From Candidatus Latescibacterota bacterium (GTDB lineage Bacteria; Latescibacterota; UBA2968; UBA8231), in assembly GCA_965248265.1 (NCBI GenBank), contig CBDFJF010000001.1, positions 1,056,001 through 1,120,000 on the forward strand: DNA of 64,000 nt, written 5' to 3'. This document shows, piece by piece, positions 20,170 through 29,984 of the stretch; within the stretch, counting starts at the first letter, position 1, and each line of letters starts with the position of its first letter. The notes under the pieces are model-generated. The model ran no database searches, was not told where the DNA came from, and saw only the letters and a list, made by a program, of their open reading frames with translations. A program made the position numbers and the translations under genes.

Positions 20170-20573
20170 CGTCGTTTTCCTCTGCATTGATCCGCGTCCC
20201 ACGTACCCTCCACGAACACCGCCTCATCCTCACCCGGCCACGGCGGCATCGTGACAGCGACCGCAGCCAGTCCCTCGTCGCCCGCGCGGAACTGAAAGTG
20301 GGTACCAAGAGGAATCGTCAGGCAGGTCCCGCGTGACAACGAATCGATGCTCTCTTCGCCTCCCAGCTTCCGCCACATCTCTCCCGACCCACTAACGCAG
20401 TACCAGATCTCCTCGACACTCTGATGTCTCACGGCCCTCGACGTCTGCCCGGATGCAAGCTCGAAGTGCGCCATGCTCCCACGGTCCAGGCTCAGCAATA
20501 TCCTAACATCACTCCCATCCGGAGCCACGACATCCGGTCTGTCTGAAAGAACCTTCGTTTGCGGACGAGGCAC
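20166..20573 (-). CDS. Cupin domain protein
   Basis: H..VEEIWY...G.GEMW and IPLGTHFQFR cupin motifs; GTG start after GAAGGGGG; ATGA overlap with sulfatase. Confidence 0.85.
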   Translation of the reverse strand: MPRPQTKVLSDRPDVVAPDGSDVRILLSLDRGSMAHFELASGQTSRAVRHQSVEEIWYCVSGSGEMWRKLGGEESIDSLSRGTCLTIPLGTHFQFRAGDEGLAAVAVTMPPWPGEDEAVFVEGTWDADQCRGKRR

Positions 20574-20804
20574 GGTTGCCCCCTTCAAGAATCAATGTGA
20601 TCGGCCTCCTGTCAGTCCCAACCGTCCGGTCAGGTAGTAGGCACCCGCGACAAGGACCACTTTGCCGATATAGTTGATTGCGTCTCGAATCGTCACGGTA
20701 CCCATTTACCTGCGTTGGGGCTGGCGGTAGGCCGAATGAGACAAAAACTGGTATACTCCTGGCTACTATTGTCGGAATATAGGATCTAGCGCTGGGAGAC
20801 TCGA

Positions 20805-22913
20805 ATGCCTATCTCGACCCACGACCTGCCCACCATCCGCGCCACCGATATCGGTCCGCCCCCTGCATGGGCTCTCTTGCAACGCCGGCTCATCTCCACC
20901 ATGGAGGAAGCCGCCGACTGCTTCGTCGACAGGTACTGCCGCTCCGACCTGAGCACCTACTACGTCCAGGACGTCGACGACATCTATGAGATCATGCACA
21001 ACTGGGGATTGTTCTACGCCCTCGGTGCTGATGAGCGCATTCTCGAATACGCCCTCGGGTTCTGGAACGCGACCACGCGGTACTATGAAGACTCTCTCGA
21101 CGTGCATTCGCCGCGGCACGAATTCTACATGCCCCAGCTCCACGACGAGTACTGGAACCTCAACGTCCCCTACAACTCTGACTGGTTCCACATGGGCGAA
21201 GGTTCCCAGCCCTTTTACGACTTCGGTCTGGCCGACCCAACCATCGAGGAAAACGTGCGCCGCGCTTCCCGGTTCGCCGGACTCTACATGGGCGAAGACG
21301 CTGACGCACCGAACTACGACCCGGACCATCGAATCATCCGCTCGCCGTATCACGGCAGTGAGGGACCGCTCCGCCGGGCCGGTAGCAAGGTCCCCCTCCT
21401 GCACTCGCTGGGTGAGACCACCGGCGACATCGAATTCGTCAAAGCGTGGCTCGACCACCCCAACTACGGCGGTCTCATGCACCGGTCCATCGTCCGCGAC
21501 TGGGACCGTTGGAAAAAGGGTAACGTGCAAAATGTCGGCGTGGACTCTCACCACCTGCTCTACCCAACCATCAAAGACCTGGAGCCGGACTGGTGGGAAA
21601 ACGCCGACCGGCGCCGCGAGGTCGTCGAGGTCTTCGAGAAGATGGCCCTGGACGGCGATGTGCCCGAGAACCTTGGCGCCACTGCGATGGTGACCAACGC
21701 CTACCTCTACACCGGCGACGACAAGTACCGCCGTTGGGTGCTCAATTACGTCGACGCCTGGCTCGACCGAACCCGCGACAACGGCGGGATCATTCCCGAC
21801 AATGTCGGGCCCAACGGCGTGATCGGCGAACACCGCAACGGCCAGTGGTGGGGTGGCCTGAAGGGCTGGTCCCGGGAACGGGGCGCCGATGGGCTGTTGA
21901 TCTCGATCGCCATCGGCGCCGAGTGCGCTCACCTGCTCACCGGCGACACCAGTTACCTGGAGCTGCTGCGTTCCCAGACCGACGCGCTCCTCGAGCGCTC
22001 GAAAACCGACGATGACGGTAACCTCGTCGTTCCCAAGCGCTACGGTTTCGAGCCTCGTGCGTCGGTTGCTGACGGGAATGCCGAGCCGGAGTGGCGCGAC
22101 TTTTCCAAGCTCAGCGTGTATGAGATCTCCCACCTCTACCACGCCTCGATGTCCGATCGTGACCGGGCCACCATCGCCAGACTGCGCGAGGGCGACTGCG
22201 ATCGCGATTGGAACGCGGTCGGCAGCGAGCGGGATCGGCGCGGTGGCAACACTGAGCGTGCCCGTTTCCAGTACTACGACGGACAGAACCCTGACTGGCC
22301 GCTGAAAATACAGGAGGCGGAGCTGCGTTTCGTAACCATCATGCTGAGGGCCATGCGGGAGGACCCGCGCGACGTGGAGACGCTCCTTCATGACAACCAC
22401 TGGCCGCCGGTGCATCCCGAGTACCCGGAGCGACGCGACTACGCCTGTGAAGCAGCCAACCCGCTCGTGCTCAAGGGACTGACCCAGGTGACTACCGGAA
22501 CACCGCAGAACATCTACAACGGGGGCCTGCAGCGAGGCAGCGTCCGCTACTTCGACGTCGATCGCAACAGACCCGGCCTACCCCTCGACGTCGCCGCGCT
22601 GGTCGACAGGATGGAGCCCGATATGATCGGTCTGCAGTTGGTCAACACCAGCACCACGAACACACGCAGACTCGTCGTGCAGGCCGGCGTCTTCGGAGAG
22701 CATCAATTCGATGACGTCAAGGTCCTGACCAGCGAAGGGACTGCTACTAGCCTGGACCCCCTCGGCTGGCTCGCGGAGAGCAAGACAGCCGCACAAAGCA
22801 TCGTGCCCGTCAATGGTAAACACTTCACAGTTGAGTTACCGCCGTTCACGTCGGTGAGGATCGAGGCGGGTGTCAAGCGCTTCGCAAATCAACCCAGCTA
22901 CGCCACCCCATAG
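20805..22913 (+). CDS. Conserved hypothetical protein (~700 aa), putative helical-barrel glycan-active enzyme, paralog 1
   Basis: Long ORF with strong codon bias; shares motifs with 27880-29940 (PP.WAL.QR.LISTMEEAA, DVDD.YE, FHMGEG, PDNVGP, QWWGG, YNGGL..VRYFD). Confidence 0.75.
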   Translation: MPISTHDLPTIRATDIGPPPAWALLQRRLISTMEEAADCFVDRYCRSDLSTYYVQDVDDIYEIMHNWGLFYALGADERILEYALGFWNATTRYYEDSLDVHSPRHEFYMPQLHDEYWNLNVPYNSDWFHMGEGSQPFYDFGLADPTIEENVRRASRFAGLYMGEDADAPNYDPDHRIIRSPYHGSEGPLRRAGSKVPLLHSLGETTGDIEFVKAWLDHPNYGGLMHRSIVRDWDRWKKGNVQNVGVDSHHLLYPTIKDLEPDWWENADRRREVVEVFEKMALDGDVPENLGATAMVTNAYLYTGDDKYRRWVLNYVDAWLDRTRDNGGIIPDNVGPNGVIGEHRNGQWWGGLKGWSRERGADGLLISIAIGAECAHLLTGDTSYLELLRSQTDALLERSKTDDDGNLVVPKRYGFEPRASVADGNAEPEWRDFSKLSVYEISHLYHASMSDRDRATIARLREGDCDRDWNAVGSERDRRGGNTERARFQYYDGQNPDWPLKIQEAELRFVTIMLRAMREDPRDVETLLHDNHWPPVHPEYPERRDYACEAANPLVLKGLTQVTTGTPQNIYNGGLQRGSVRYFDVDRNRPGLPLDVAALVDRMEPDMIGLQLVNTSTTNTRRLVVQAGVFGEHQFDDVKVLTSEGTATSLDPLGWLAESKTAAQSIVPVNGKHFTVELPPFTSVRIEAGVKRFANQPSYATP

Positions 22914-22964
22914 CCCATCATCAGCGACTCAGACACAAGGCTCGATCCGGAAAGGCGTGTAGAG

Positions 22965-24269
22965 ATGACGACACCCGACAAGACCAGCGACGTTCCGATG
23001 ACACGTCCCGAAGAAGCCATCGCTGTCCTCGAGGGAATCGGCCGCCGGGGCACCTTCGTCGAGCTCACCGACGGACGCATCCTGTATTCCACCAGCGGTG
23101 GCCGGTTCCAGACCTCGTCGGATGGCGGTGTGACCTGGACGGAGTCCCGTGAGGGTGTGGACCCTGACGGTCAGTCGCTGGGGCATGGCGAGGGGAGTTT
23201 GGTACCCCTCGCTGACGGGGCCATCGGCTACGCCTCGCGCCACAGGATGGAAGGTGACTCTTGCGTCGTGTTCTTTCACAGCGAGGACGAAGGGCAGACC
23301 TGGTCACGGCCGATCCGGGTGACCCCGCCCGGCCAGAATCACGCCCAGCTCAACGGCACCGCGTTGCGCACGTCGTCCGGTCGCATCATCGTGCCGACCT
23401 ACGCCGGCATGAGGATGGCCGCCGACCCGGAGGCCGTGAAGAAACAGGCAGGCGGTTACCTGCGCGATCAATGGATCGCCGTCGGCGCCCACGACTACGA
23501 TTCCGGCTTCTGCTGGTGTTGCGCCTATTACTCAGACGACGAGGGCCGCACCTGGCATGGCAACCGGGACGGCGAGATTTTCATCTGGGACGAGGAGGCG
23601 ATGACATGGAACCGGACGGCCGAGCCGACCGTCGAGGAGGTCGCGCCGGGACACCTGCTCATGTTCATGCGGACGGAACTGGGCAGACTCTATCAGTCGT
23701 GGTCTTCCGACAACGGCGAAACCTGGACGGCGCCAAAACCGACGCTGCTGGCGGCCCCGAATGCGCCAGCGCAACTCAAGCGCATCCCGTCAACCGGTGA
23801 CCTCGTCTGCGTCTGGTCCCAGGCCAGCGAACAAGACATCGAGCGTGGCGTGGGCCGCAGCCGGCTGAGTACGGCGGTCAGCCGCAGCCAGGGTACTGTG
23901 TGGGAGTTCTTCCAGAACATCGACTCGGCTCTGGAAGGCACCCGCATCGAACCGGGACCCCTGCGCCGCGTCAAACCCAAGGGCGTTATCCTCGATCACC
24001 GCAAGTCTCAAATGGTGCGGCCGGCTGAGTCGATCGTCGACCTCCCGGAGGACTACCGCCTGACATCCTACCCTTCCGTGTTCTTCCAAGGCGACCACAT
24101 GATGGTCGGCCACACCAACGCCCACATCGAGGCAGACGGTACCTACGTAAAACCGGGGCGGATGATTGTCGTGCCGGTGAGCTGGCTGTATGGCGGAGCC
24201 GCCGAACGCATGGAGCGAAACGGGTTCACGAGAGACCTCAATAAGCGGTTTCCCGCGATTCCTACTTGA
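22965..24269 (+). CDS. Sialidase-like BNR/Asp-box beta-propeller protein
   Basis: Asp-boxes SSDGGVTW, SEDEGQTW, SDDEGRTW, SSDNGETW; AEP..E and SYPS motifs. Confidence 0.85.
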   Translation: MTTPDKTSDVPMTRPEEAIAVLEGIGRRGTFVELTDGRILYSTSGGRFQTSSDGGVTWTESREGVDPDGQSLGHGEGSLVPLADGAIGYASRHRMEGDSCVVFFHSEDEGQTWSRPIRVTPPGQNHAQLNGTALRTSSGRIIVPTYAGMRMAADPEAVKKQAGGYLRDQWIAVGAHDYDSGFCWCCAYYSDDEGRTWHGNRDGEIFIWDEEAMTWNRTAEPTVEEVAPGHLLMFMRTELGRLYQSWSSDNGETWTAPKPTLLAAPNAPAQLKRIPSTGDLVCVWSQASEQDIERGVGRSRLSTAVSRSQGTVWEFFQNIDSALEGTRIEPGPLRRVKPKGVILDHRKSQMVRPAESIVDLPEDYRLTSYPSVFFQGDHMMVGHTNAHIEADGTYVKPGRMIVVPVSWLYGGAAERMERNGFTRDLNKRFPAIPT

Positions 24270-27200
24270 TCAGGATGATCGACTGCTGAGCTGCATCCTG
24301 CCCCGCAGTGAGGCTCGCGAAATAGACCCCGCTCGCCGCCGCTTGGCCGCCGTCTGAATGGCCGTGCCATTGCGTGGTGTACCGTCCCACTGACAACCGT
24401 TCATCGACGAGGACGGAGATCAGTTGTCCGACGGAATTGTAGATCGCCAACCGCACTGCACTCTCTTCCGCAATCGTGAAGCCCATCGAGGTAGCGGAGT
24501 TGAACGGATTGGGGAAATTCGGCTCGAGGGCGAACTGCAGCGGCAGCGGACCGTCCCCTTCCTCTTCGATGGCCGTTGGCCAGATGCCCTCCATCAACTC
24601 CAAGCGCGCGTTGGTGGCCACCTCTCTGTGGGTGTCCACGGTCCCACTCGGCCACGCGACGACGAGGGAATCGAGTCGGGTGACGTCGTTCAAGCCAAAC
24701 CGGGCACCGGGGTAATTGGCGGAGTACTCCCCGGCCGCACGCACTTCCCGCATCTGCATCCCTCCCTCGGGGTAGTGCGCGGTAACCCGCGCGCCAATAC
24801 CGTCAAGATTGCTCTCGACCCCGCGGAGGGTGATGTCCAACCAGTTGTGCTGGCTGCCGCCGTTCCGGTAAAGCCTGTTGGCACGGTGCTCCTCCATGAC
24901 GTAGACGTCGAGATCGCCATCCGCGTCATAGTCCCCCAGGACCAGGCCGCGCGTGTTTTCAGACGTGTCAATGCCGAAGGCCGACGCCCGGTCGATGAAA
25001 TGGCCGTTCCCCTCATTGACGTAGACGCGATTGGACGATCGGGTGTTGACGACAAAGATGTCGAGATCGCCGTCGTTGTCGTAGTCGCCGAACGTCCCGG
25101 CGTTGCCGCGGCCCATATTGGTGACGCCGCTGCTCACCGCTACATCAGTGAACGTGCCTTGCGCCAGGTCATTGCGCCACAGGGCGCTTGCGCCGTTGCT
25201 GTTGACGACGTAGAGATCGAGATCGCCGTCGTCGTCCACATCGCCCGGGCTGATGCCGAGGGTTTCGCTCTGATCACCCATCTGCGTAGCCGTGTAGCTT
25301 GCCTCTCCGGTTTCGGAATGCAGGACGTCGGCGTCACCGAAGTTGGTGACGTAGAGATCGAGGTCGCCGTCATTGTCGTAGTCGGCAAAGGATGCAGCCG
25401 AGCTGCCGCCTGAAGGTGGGGGTCGGACCTGTCTCTCCTTGGTCACATCCTCGAACCGCCCTCCTTCCGTTTTCCGGTAGAGGATATTGTTGAATGCCTG
25501 CGAGATGAACAGATCGAGGTAGCCGTCTCCGTCGTAGTCACCGGCGGTGACTCCGAAGCTGCTTTGCGCCCTGTCGAGGCCGGAATCGACGGAGATGTCC
25601 GAGAACGTGCCGTCACCGTCGTTGTGGAACAGCAGGTTCTGCTGGCCTGTTACGACGAAGCCGCCGCGTGCGGCGAACAGATCCAGGTAACCGTCGCGAT
25701 CGAAGTCGGCGAACAGCACCCCGGTGCCGTTGCCATGGCTCGCCACGCCCGCCACCTGGGTCACGTCCGTGAAACCGGCGTCGCCGTCGTTGCGGTACAG
25801 GACGTTGTCCTCGTCACCGTGCCAGCCGCCGTTGTTGAGGTAAAGATCTAGGTCTCCGTCGTTGTCGTAGTCAGCGAATGCGGCGGCAAACCCCAGCTGG
25901 TCATCGTCGACGCCGACCAGGGCGGCGACTTCCTCGAAGCGATGCATGTACAGCCGTCGCGCCCGGTAGTCGTTGGCGGCCAGCTCGTCACCGGCCTCCA
26001 GCCGGAATTCGACGAGATGTTCGCCACTGAACCGCGGATGCCAGGCCCGGTCCTCGCGCACACGAATCATCTCCCCTGCGGCCAACGCCGGTACCGGCAG
26101 GCTCGAGGTGTGGACGATCGCGCCCTCGAAGGTGATGGTCACCTGCAACAGCGCGTCATCCACCGTCGTGAGGCCCCGGTTGGTGATCTCCACCTCGGAC
26201 TCCACTCCGGTTTCCCAGGAGCTGTCCAGCTGCGGCCCCAGGATCCGGGAAATTGCCAGGTCCCGCTGCGGTTGCGGCTCCCGCAACCGCAGCACCTGAC
26301 CGGTGGGCACATCCGACAGCGTCTGTCGCTTTCCCGATGGCCACGCGACAATGATCTCGGAGATGGTCTCAGACCCTCCGGTCCCCAGGTGCAGCAGGTC
26401 GCCGTGGACTATTCCGATTGATGAGCCGACCACATGATCCCGCGTCAATTCTGTATCTTCGTCCAGGCGGGCGTACAGAACCGTCCCGAGCGGGCTCTCC
26501 CCGTCGTCGCGCGACACGAGCTCGATCTCGAGCCAGTGGCCGGTGGCGGGCGTGTCGTTGCGCAGCAGCACATCGCCCGCGTCGTTGCTGGCGACAAAGA
26601 CGTCCACATCGCCGTCCCTGTCGTAGTCGGCGATGGCCAATCCTATGTGTTTGGCGCTGCCCGCTGTGGTCGGGTAAGCGCTCGCGGACACGTCCGCAAA
26701 GCGGTTTCCGTCGTTGCGCCTGACGATCGTCGACTCCCCGTCTACGACCAGCAGATCCAGATCCCCGTCGTTGTCGAGATCCGCCCAGGCACCGCCCTCA
26801 CCTGACGTATCTCCGCCCACACCCATGGCTTCGGTGATGTCGACGAATCGTCCACCCCTGTTCTCGTACAGTGTGTTCGTCTCAGGGGCGGCGTTGAGAA
26901 CGTAGAGATCCAGGTCACTGTCGTTGTCGAAATCGGCGGCGATCGCGGAGCGGCTCTTCGAGGGCCGCTGCAGGCCGGCCGCCTCGGTCGATGGCCGGAA
27001 GGTTCCGTCCCCCAGGTTGCGGTAGAGCCGGTTGGTCGCACCGAAGTTGCTGACGTAGAGATCCCGGTAACCATCGCCATCGTAGTCAAACGCCGTGGCG
27101 CCCCACGAGTCCTCACCACTCTCCAGCGTACTGGTCACATCAGTGATGTCGGTTCCGTGGTCCGTCAGGATTCCACTGTACAGGCGGTTGCGCCCGCTCG

Positions 27201-27681
27201 TCCGGTGCGTGAGAAAGAGATCAACCTCACCGTCACCGTCGAAATCGCCGAACAGGGCGCTCGTAGCCCGGGGCGCATCGATCAGTCCCGGCGGCGACGG
27301 GATCGTGCGGAAAGAGCCCTCGACATTCTCATAAAACTGATTGGCGTTGGAGTACTTGAGCAGGAAGATGTCGAGATCGCCGTCGGCCTGTAGATCGACG
27401 AACATTCCAGCGAGAGCATTCTGACTGTCCTCAAGCGCGTCGGGCCTCCAGGAGAATTGACCGTCACCCCGGTTGCGGTAAAGCAGGGCCTCCTGGCTCC
27501 GGCTGAATCGGGCAACCAGCAGATCGGGCCAGCCGTCGCCGTCGTAGTCGGCGAAGGAAGGGCCATTGCCGAAACCGGTATCGTGGACCCATGCGTCCAG
27601 CGTTTGATCGGAAAAGGTGATGCCGTAACTGCAGACGGGGCTCAAAGTTAGGATGAGCCACAGCCCGGCGAACTTGCGCAT
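24262..27681 (-). CDS. Secreted FG-GAP/ASPIC-UnbV (CRTAC1-like) protein, two propeller modules, CARDB-like linker, C-terminal FlgD-Ig/sorting-type domain
   Basis: Signal peptide; many D-Y/F-D-x-D-G-x-x-D-L repeats; two HWL/NWL...GL...V.WPSG units; tail TAIEEE...NFPNPFNS...ASGVYF. Confidence 0.9.
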   Translation of the reverse strand: MRKFAGLWLILTLSPVCSYGITFSDQTLDAWVHDTGFGNGPSFADYDGDGWPDLLVARFSRSQEALLYRNRGDGQFSWRPDALEDSQNALAGMFVDLQADGDLDIFLLKYSNANQFYENVEGSFRTIPSPPGLIDAPRATSALFGDFDGDGEVDLFLTHRTSGRNRLYSGILTDHGTDITDVTSTLESGEDSWGATAFDYDGDGYRDLYVSNFGATNRLYRNLGDGTFRPSTEAAGLQRPSKSRSAIAADFDNDSDLDLYVLNAAPETNTLYENRGGRFVDITEAMGVGGDTSGEGGAWADLDNDGDLDLLVVDGESTIVRRNDGNRFADVSASAYPTTAGSAKHIGLAIADYDRDGDVDVFVASNDAGDVLLRNDTPATGHWLEIELVSRDDGESPLGTVLYARLDEDTELTRDHVVGSSIGIVHGDLLHLGTGGSETISEIIVAWPSGKRQTLSDVPTGQVLRLREPQPQRDLAISRILGPQLDSSWETGVESEVEITNRGLTTVDDALLQVTITFEGAIVHTSSLPVPALAAGEMIRVREDRAWHPRFSGEHLVEFRLEAGDELAANDYRARRLYMHRFEEVAALVGVDDDQLGFAAAFADYDNDGDLDLYLNNGGWHGDEDNVLYRNDGDAGFTDVTQVAGVASHGNGTGVLFADFDRDGYLDLFAARGGFVVTGQQNLLFHNDGDGTFSDISVDSGLDRAQSSFGVTAGDYDGDGYLDLFISQAFNNILYRKTEGGRFEDVTKERQVRPPPSGGSSAASFADYDNDGDLDLYVTNFGDADVLHSETGEASYTATQMGDQSETLGISPGDVDDDGDLDLYVVNSNGASALWRNDLAQGTFTDVAVSSGVTNMGRGNAGTFGDYDNDGDLDIFVVNTRSSNRVYVNEGNGHFIDRASAFGIDTSENTRGLVLGDYDADGDLDVYVMEEHRANRLYRNGGSQHNWLDITLRGVESNLDGIGARVTAHYPEGGMQMREVRAAGEYSANYPGARFGLNDVTRLDSLVVAWPSGTVDTHREVATNARLELMEGIWPTAIEEEGDGPLPLQFALEPNFPNPFNSATSMGFTIAEESAVRLAIYNSVGQLISVLVDERLSVGRYTTQWHGHSDGGQAAASGVYFASLTAGQDAAQQSIILIK

Positions 27682-27879
27682 TGGGGCTCGTTTCTCTGTC
27701 CAGCCAGGTTGTACACCGCGAGCAGGGCGGCAAGCCCCCGCAACCGGACTGTAGTTTGGGCACCGGCCCCTAAGATACGGCGTGGAGACCTCAAATCAAA
27801 GCTGGGTTGCGGTCATCAAGATCCTCGCATAAGTAGAACGCTGACCTCGACCGCGAAGTCCACAACAGGAGCCACGCCC

Positions 27880-29940
27880 ATGACCGATCATCCACAGATC
27901 CCCGGACTGCTCACCGTCAGAGCCACCGACATGTCGCCTCCCCCTGATTGGGCGCTGATGCAGCGGAAACTCATCAGCACCATGGAGGAGGCGGCGCGCC
28001 TAGCACATGAGAAGTACGCCCGTCCAGGCGGCCTGCCCTACTATGACCTCGACGTCGACGACGTCTACGAGAGCCGGTCGATGCGGGGCATCTTCTACGC
28101 CGTCGGCGCCGACGACGCCCTCCTCGACATCGCCCTCAAGGAATGGAACGCCATCACCCGCTACTACGATGACGGCGTCGCCCCACCGGCCGACGAGCCG
28201 CGCCACCCCATGTACATGGCCCAGTTGCACAAGGAGTGGTGGGGGCTGGCGATCCCCTATAACTCAGACGGCTTCCATATGGGAGAGGGGAACCAGTTTT
28301 TCTACGACTTCGGCGTCGCCTGCCCGACCAACGCGGAAATGTACGAGCGCGCCCGTCGATTCGCCGACATGTACCTGGGAGAGGACCCTGAGACGCCCAA
28401 CTACGACCCGGAACACAAAATCATCCGGTCAGCGTGGCACGGCAGCAGTGGGCCCTTCTTAGGTGACAATTTCCGCGACCATGTCCTCATTCACGTAGGC
28501 GGCGAGACCACCGGCATTCTCGAGTTGGTCAGGGACCGGCTCGACCGGGGATCGATGGGCAACTACGGCCATCGCACGGGTCTGGGTGACAATCCGAGCA
28601 ACGAGCCCCTCCACACCACCCTGTACCCGATCATCGAGGAGTTGGAACCGAGGTGGTTCGAGGACCCGGACCGGCGAGACGAGATCATTCGCCTGTTCGA
28701 AGACGTCGCCCTCAACGGTGACAAACCCGAAAACCTGATCATGACCGCCCTCGTCACCAACGCCTATCTCTACACGGGGGACGAAAAATACAGGCGCTGG
28801 GTCCTGGAGTACGTGGATGCCTGGATGGACCGATTAAATGAGAACGGCGGCATTGTGCCGGACAACGTCGGCCCCACTGCCAAAATCGGTGAGCAGCGGG
28901 AAGGCCAGTGGTGGGGTGGACTCGGCGGCTGGGACTCCAGCGTTGCCGGCGGCACGGACCGCATCTTCAACAGCTGCACCATCGCGGCCGAGTGCGCCCT
29001 GTTGCTCAGCGGCGATCAGAAATATCTGAAGCTCATCCGCTCCCAGATCGAGTTCCTGCTGAGCATGGCGAAGAAGAATGAGGACGGACAGCTCCAATGG
29101 CCTGCCCGTCACGGGCCCGACGGTTGGGAGTCGTACCGGTCGATTCAGATGAGGGACATGGCCCATCTCTACCACGCCTCCATGGGCGAGGAGGACTACA
29201 TCCTCGTCAGCCAGATTCGCGAGGGTGACGTGGAGCGGGACTGGAATCACATCCAGCCCTGGATGGACCGGCGCAGCAAAACCGGCGATCCGGAGCTGCC
29301 CAGGTTCCAGTACTACGACGGCAAGAACCCGGATTGGCCGCTGCGAATCCTTAGTGCTGAGTACGAAATGATGATGAGATTCTACGAAGGCATGCTCGTC
29401 GACGACCGCAGTGTAGAGGAGATGATTGAGGACAACCAGTGGCCGCCCAATCCGGTCGTCGTCAAAGGGCTTGTCCAAGTCACCATGGGGACACCACAGA
29501 CTCTTTATAATGGTGGACTGTTGCGGGCCACCGTCCGTTACTTCGACTTGGACCGAATGCGTCCGGGCCTGCCAAGTGACATCGCAGCGCTCGTCGAAAG
29601 CCTGGGGCCGGAGCACGTTGGCATTCACCTCGTCAACACCAGCGCCACCCAGGCACGCAACCTGGTGATCCAGGCCGGAGCCTTCGGAGAGCACCAGTTC
29701 AGAGGCGCCACCTATAACCGGATGTCCCTGGAGTACAAGCGACCGATCGGATCGAACCTCCAGTTAAGAGCCAGGGCCAAGCACGTTCTGACTGATGAGA
29801 AGGTAGACCTGGATTCAAAGTACCTGGGTGTGGAGCTGCCACCGATGTCGTCCATTCGGATCAGGCTCGGCATGCGGCGTTTCGTCAACGACCCGAGCTA
29901 CGCCTTCCCGTGGCACGGTGGCAGAGTGCCCAAGCAGTAG
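27880..29940 (+). CDS. Conserved hypothetical protein (~690 aa), paralog 2 of 20805-22913
   Basis: RBS ACAGGAG then ATG 27880; colinear motif conservation with paralog 1. Confidence 0.75.
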   Translation: MTDHPQIPGLLTVRATDMSPPPDWALMQRKLISTMEEAARLAHEKYARPGGLPYYDLDVDDVYESRSMRGIFYAVGADDALLDIALKEWNAITRYYDDGVAPPADEPRHPMYMAQLHKEWWGLAIPYNSDGFHMGEGNQFFYDFGVACPTNAEMYERARRFADMYLGEDPETPNYDPEHKIIRSAWHGSSGPFLGDNFRDHVLIHVGGETTGILELVRDRLDRGSMGNYGHRTGLGDNPSNEPLHTTLYPIIEELEPRWFEDPDRRDEIIRLFEDVALNGDKPENLIMTALVTNAYLYTGDEKYRRWVLEYVDAWMDRLNENGGIVPDNVGPTAKIGEQREGQWWGGLGGWDSSVAGGTDRIFNSCTIAAECALLLSGDQKYLKLIRSQIEFLLSMAKKNEDGQLQWPARHGPDGWESYRSIQMRDMAHLYHASMGEEDYILVSQIREGDVERDWNHIQPWMDRRSKTGDPELPRFQYYDGKNPDWPLRILSAEYEMMMRFYEGMLVDDRSVEEMIEDNQWPPNPVVVKGLVQVTMGTPQTLYNGGLLRATVRYFDLDRMRPGLPSDIAALVESLGPEHVGIHLVNTSATQARNLVIQAGAFGEHQFRGATYNRMSLEYKRPIGSNLQLRARAKHVLTDEKVDLDSKYLGVELPPMSSIRIRLGMRRFVNDPSYAFPWHGGRVPKQ

Positions 29941-29984
29941 CGGTTCCAAGAGGTGGGGTGAACCCCGTAACTGCAGAGTGAGAC

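Noticed and set aside
20766-22415. Long antisense ORFs (also 795-1781, 1958-3412, 14141-15091, 31507-32655, 37310-38239, 48025-49041, 63107-63970)
   Set aside because: Shadow frames of well-supported genes on the opposite strand in GC-rich DNA; no recognisable motifs.
24700-27560. Periodic GTCGTTGTCGTAGTC-like nucleotide repeats resembling an array
   Set aside because: They encode FG-GAP DxDxDG repeats; not CRISPR (variable sequence, irregular spacing, no cas genes).
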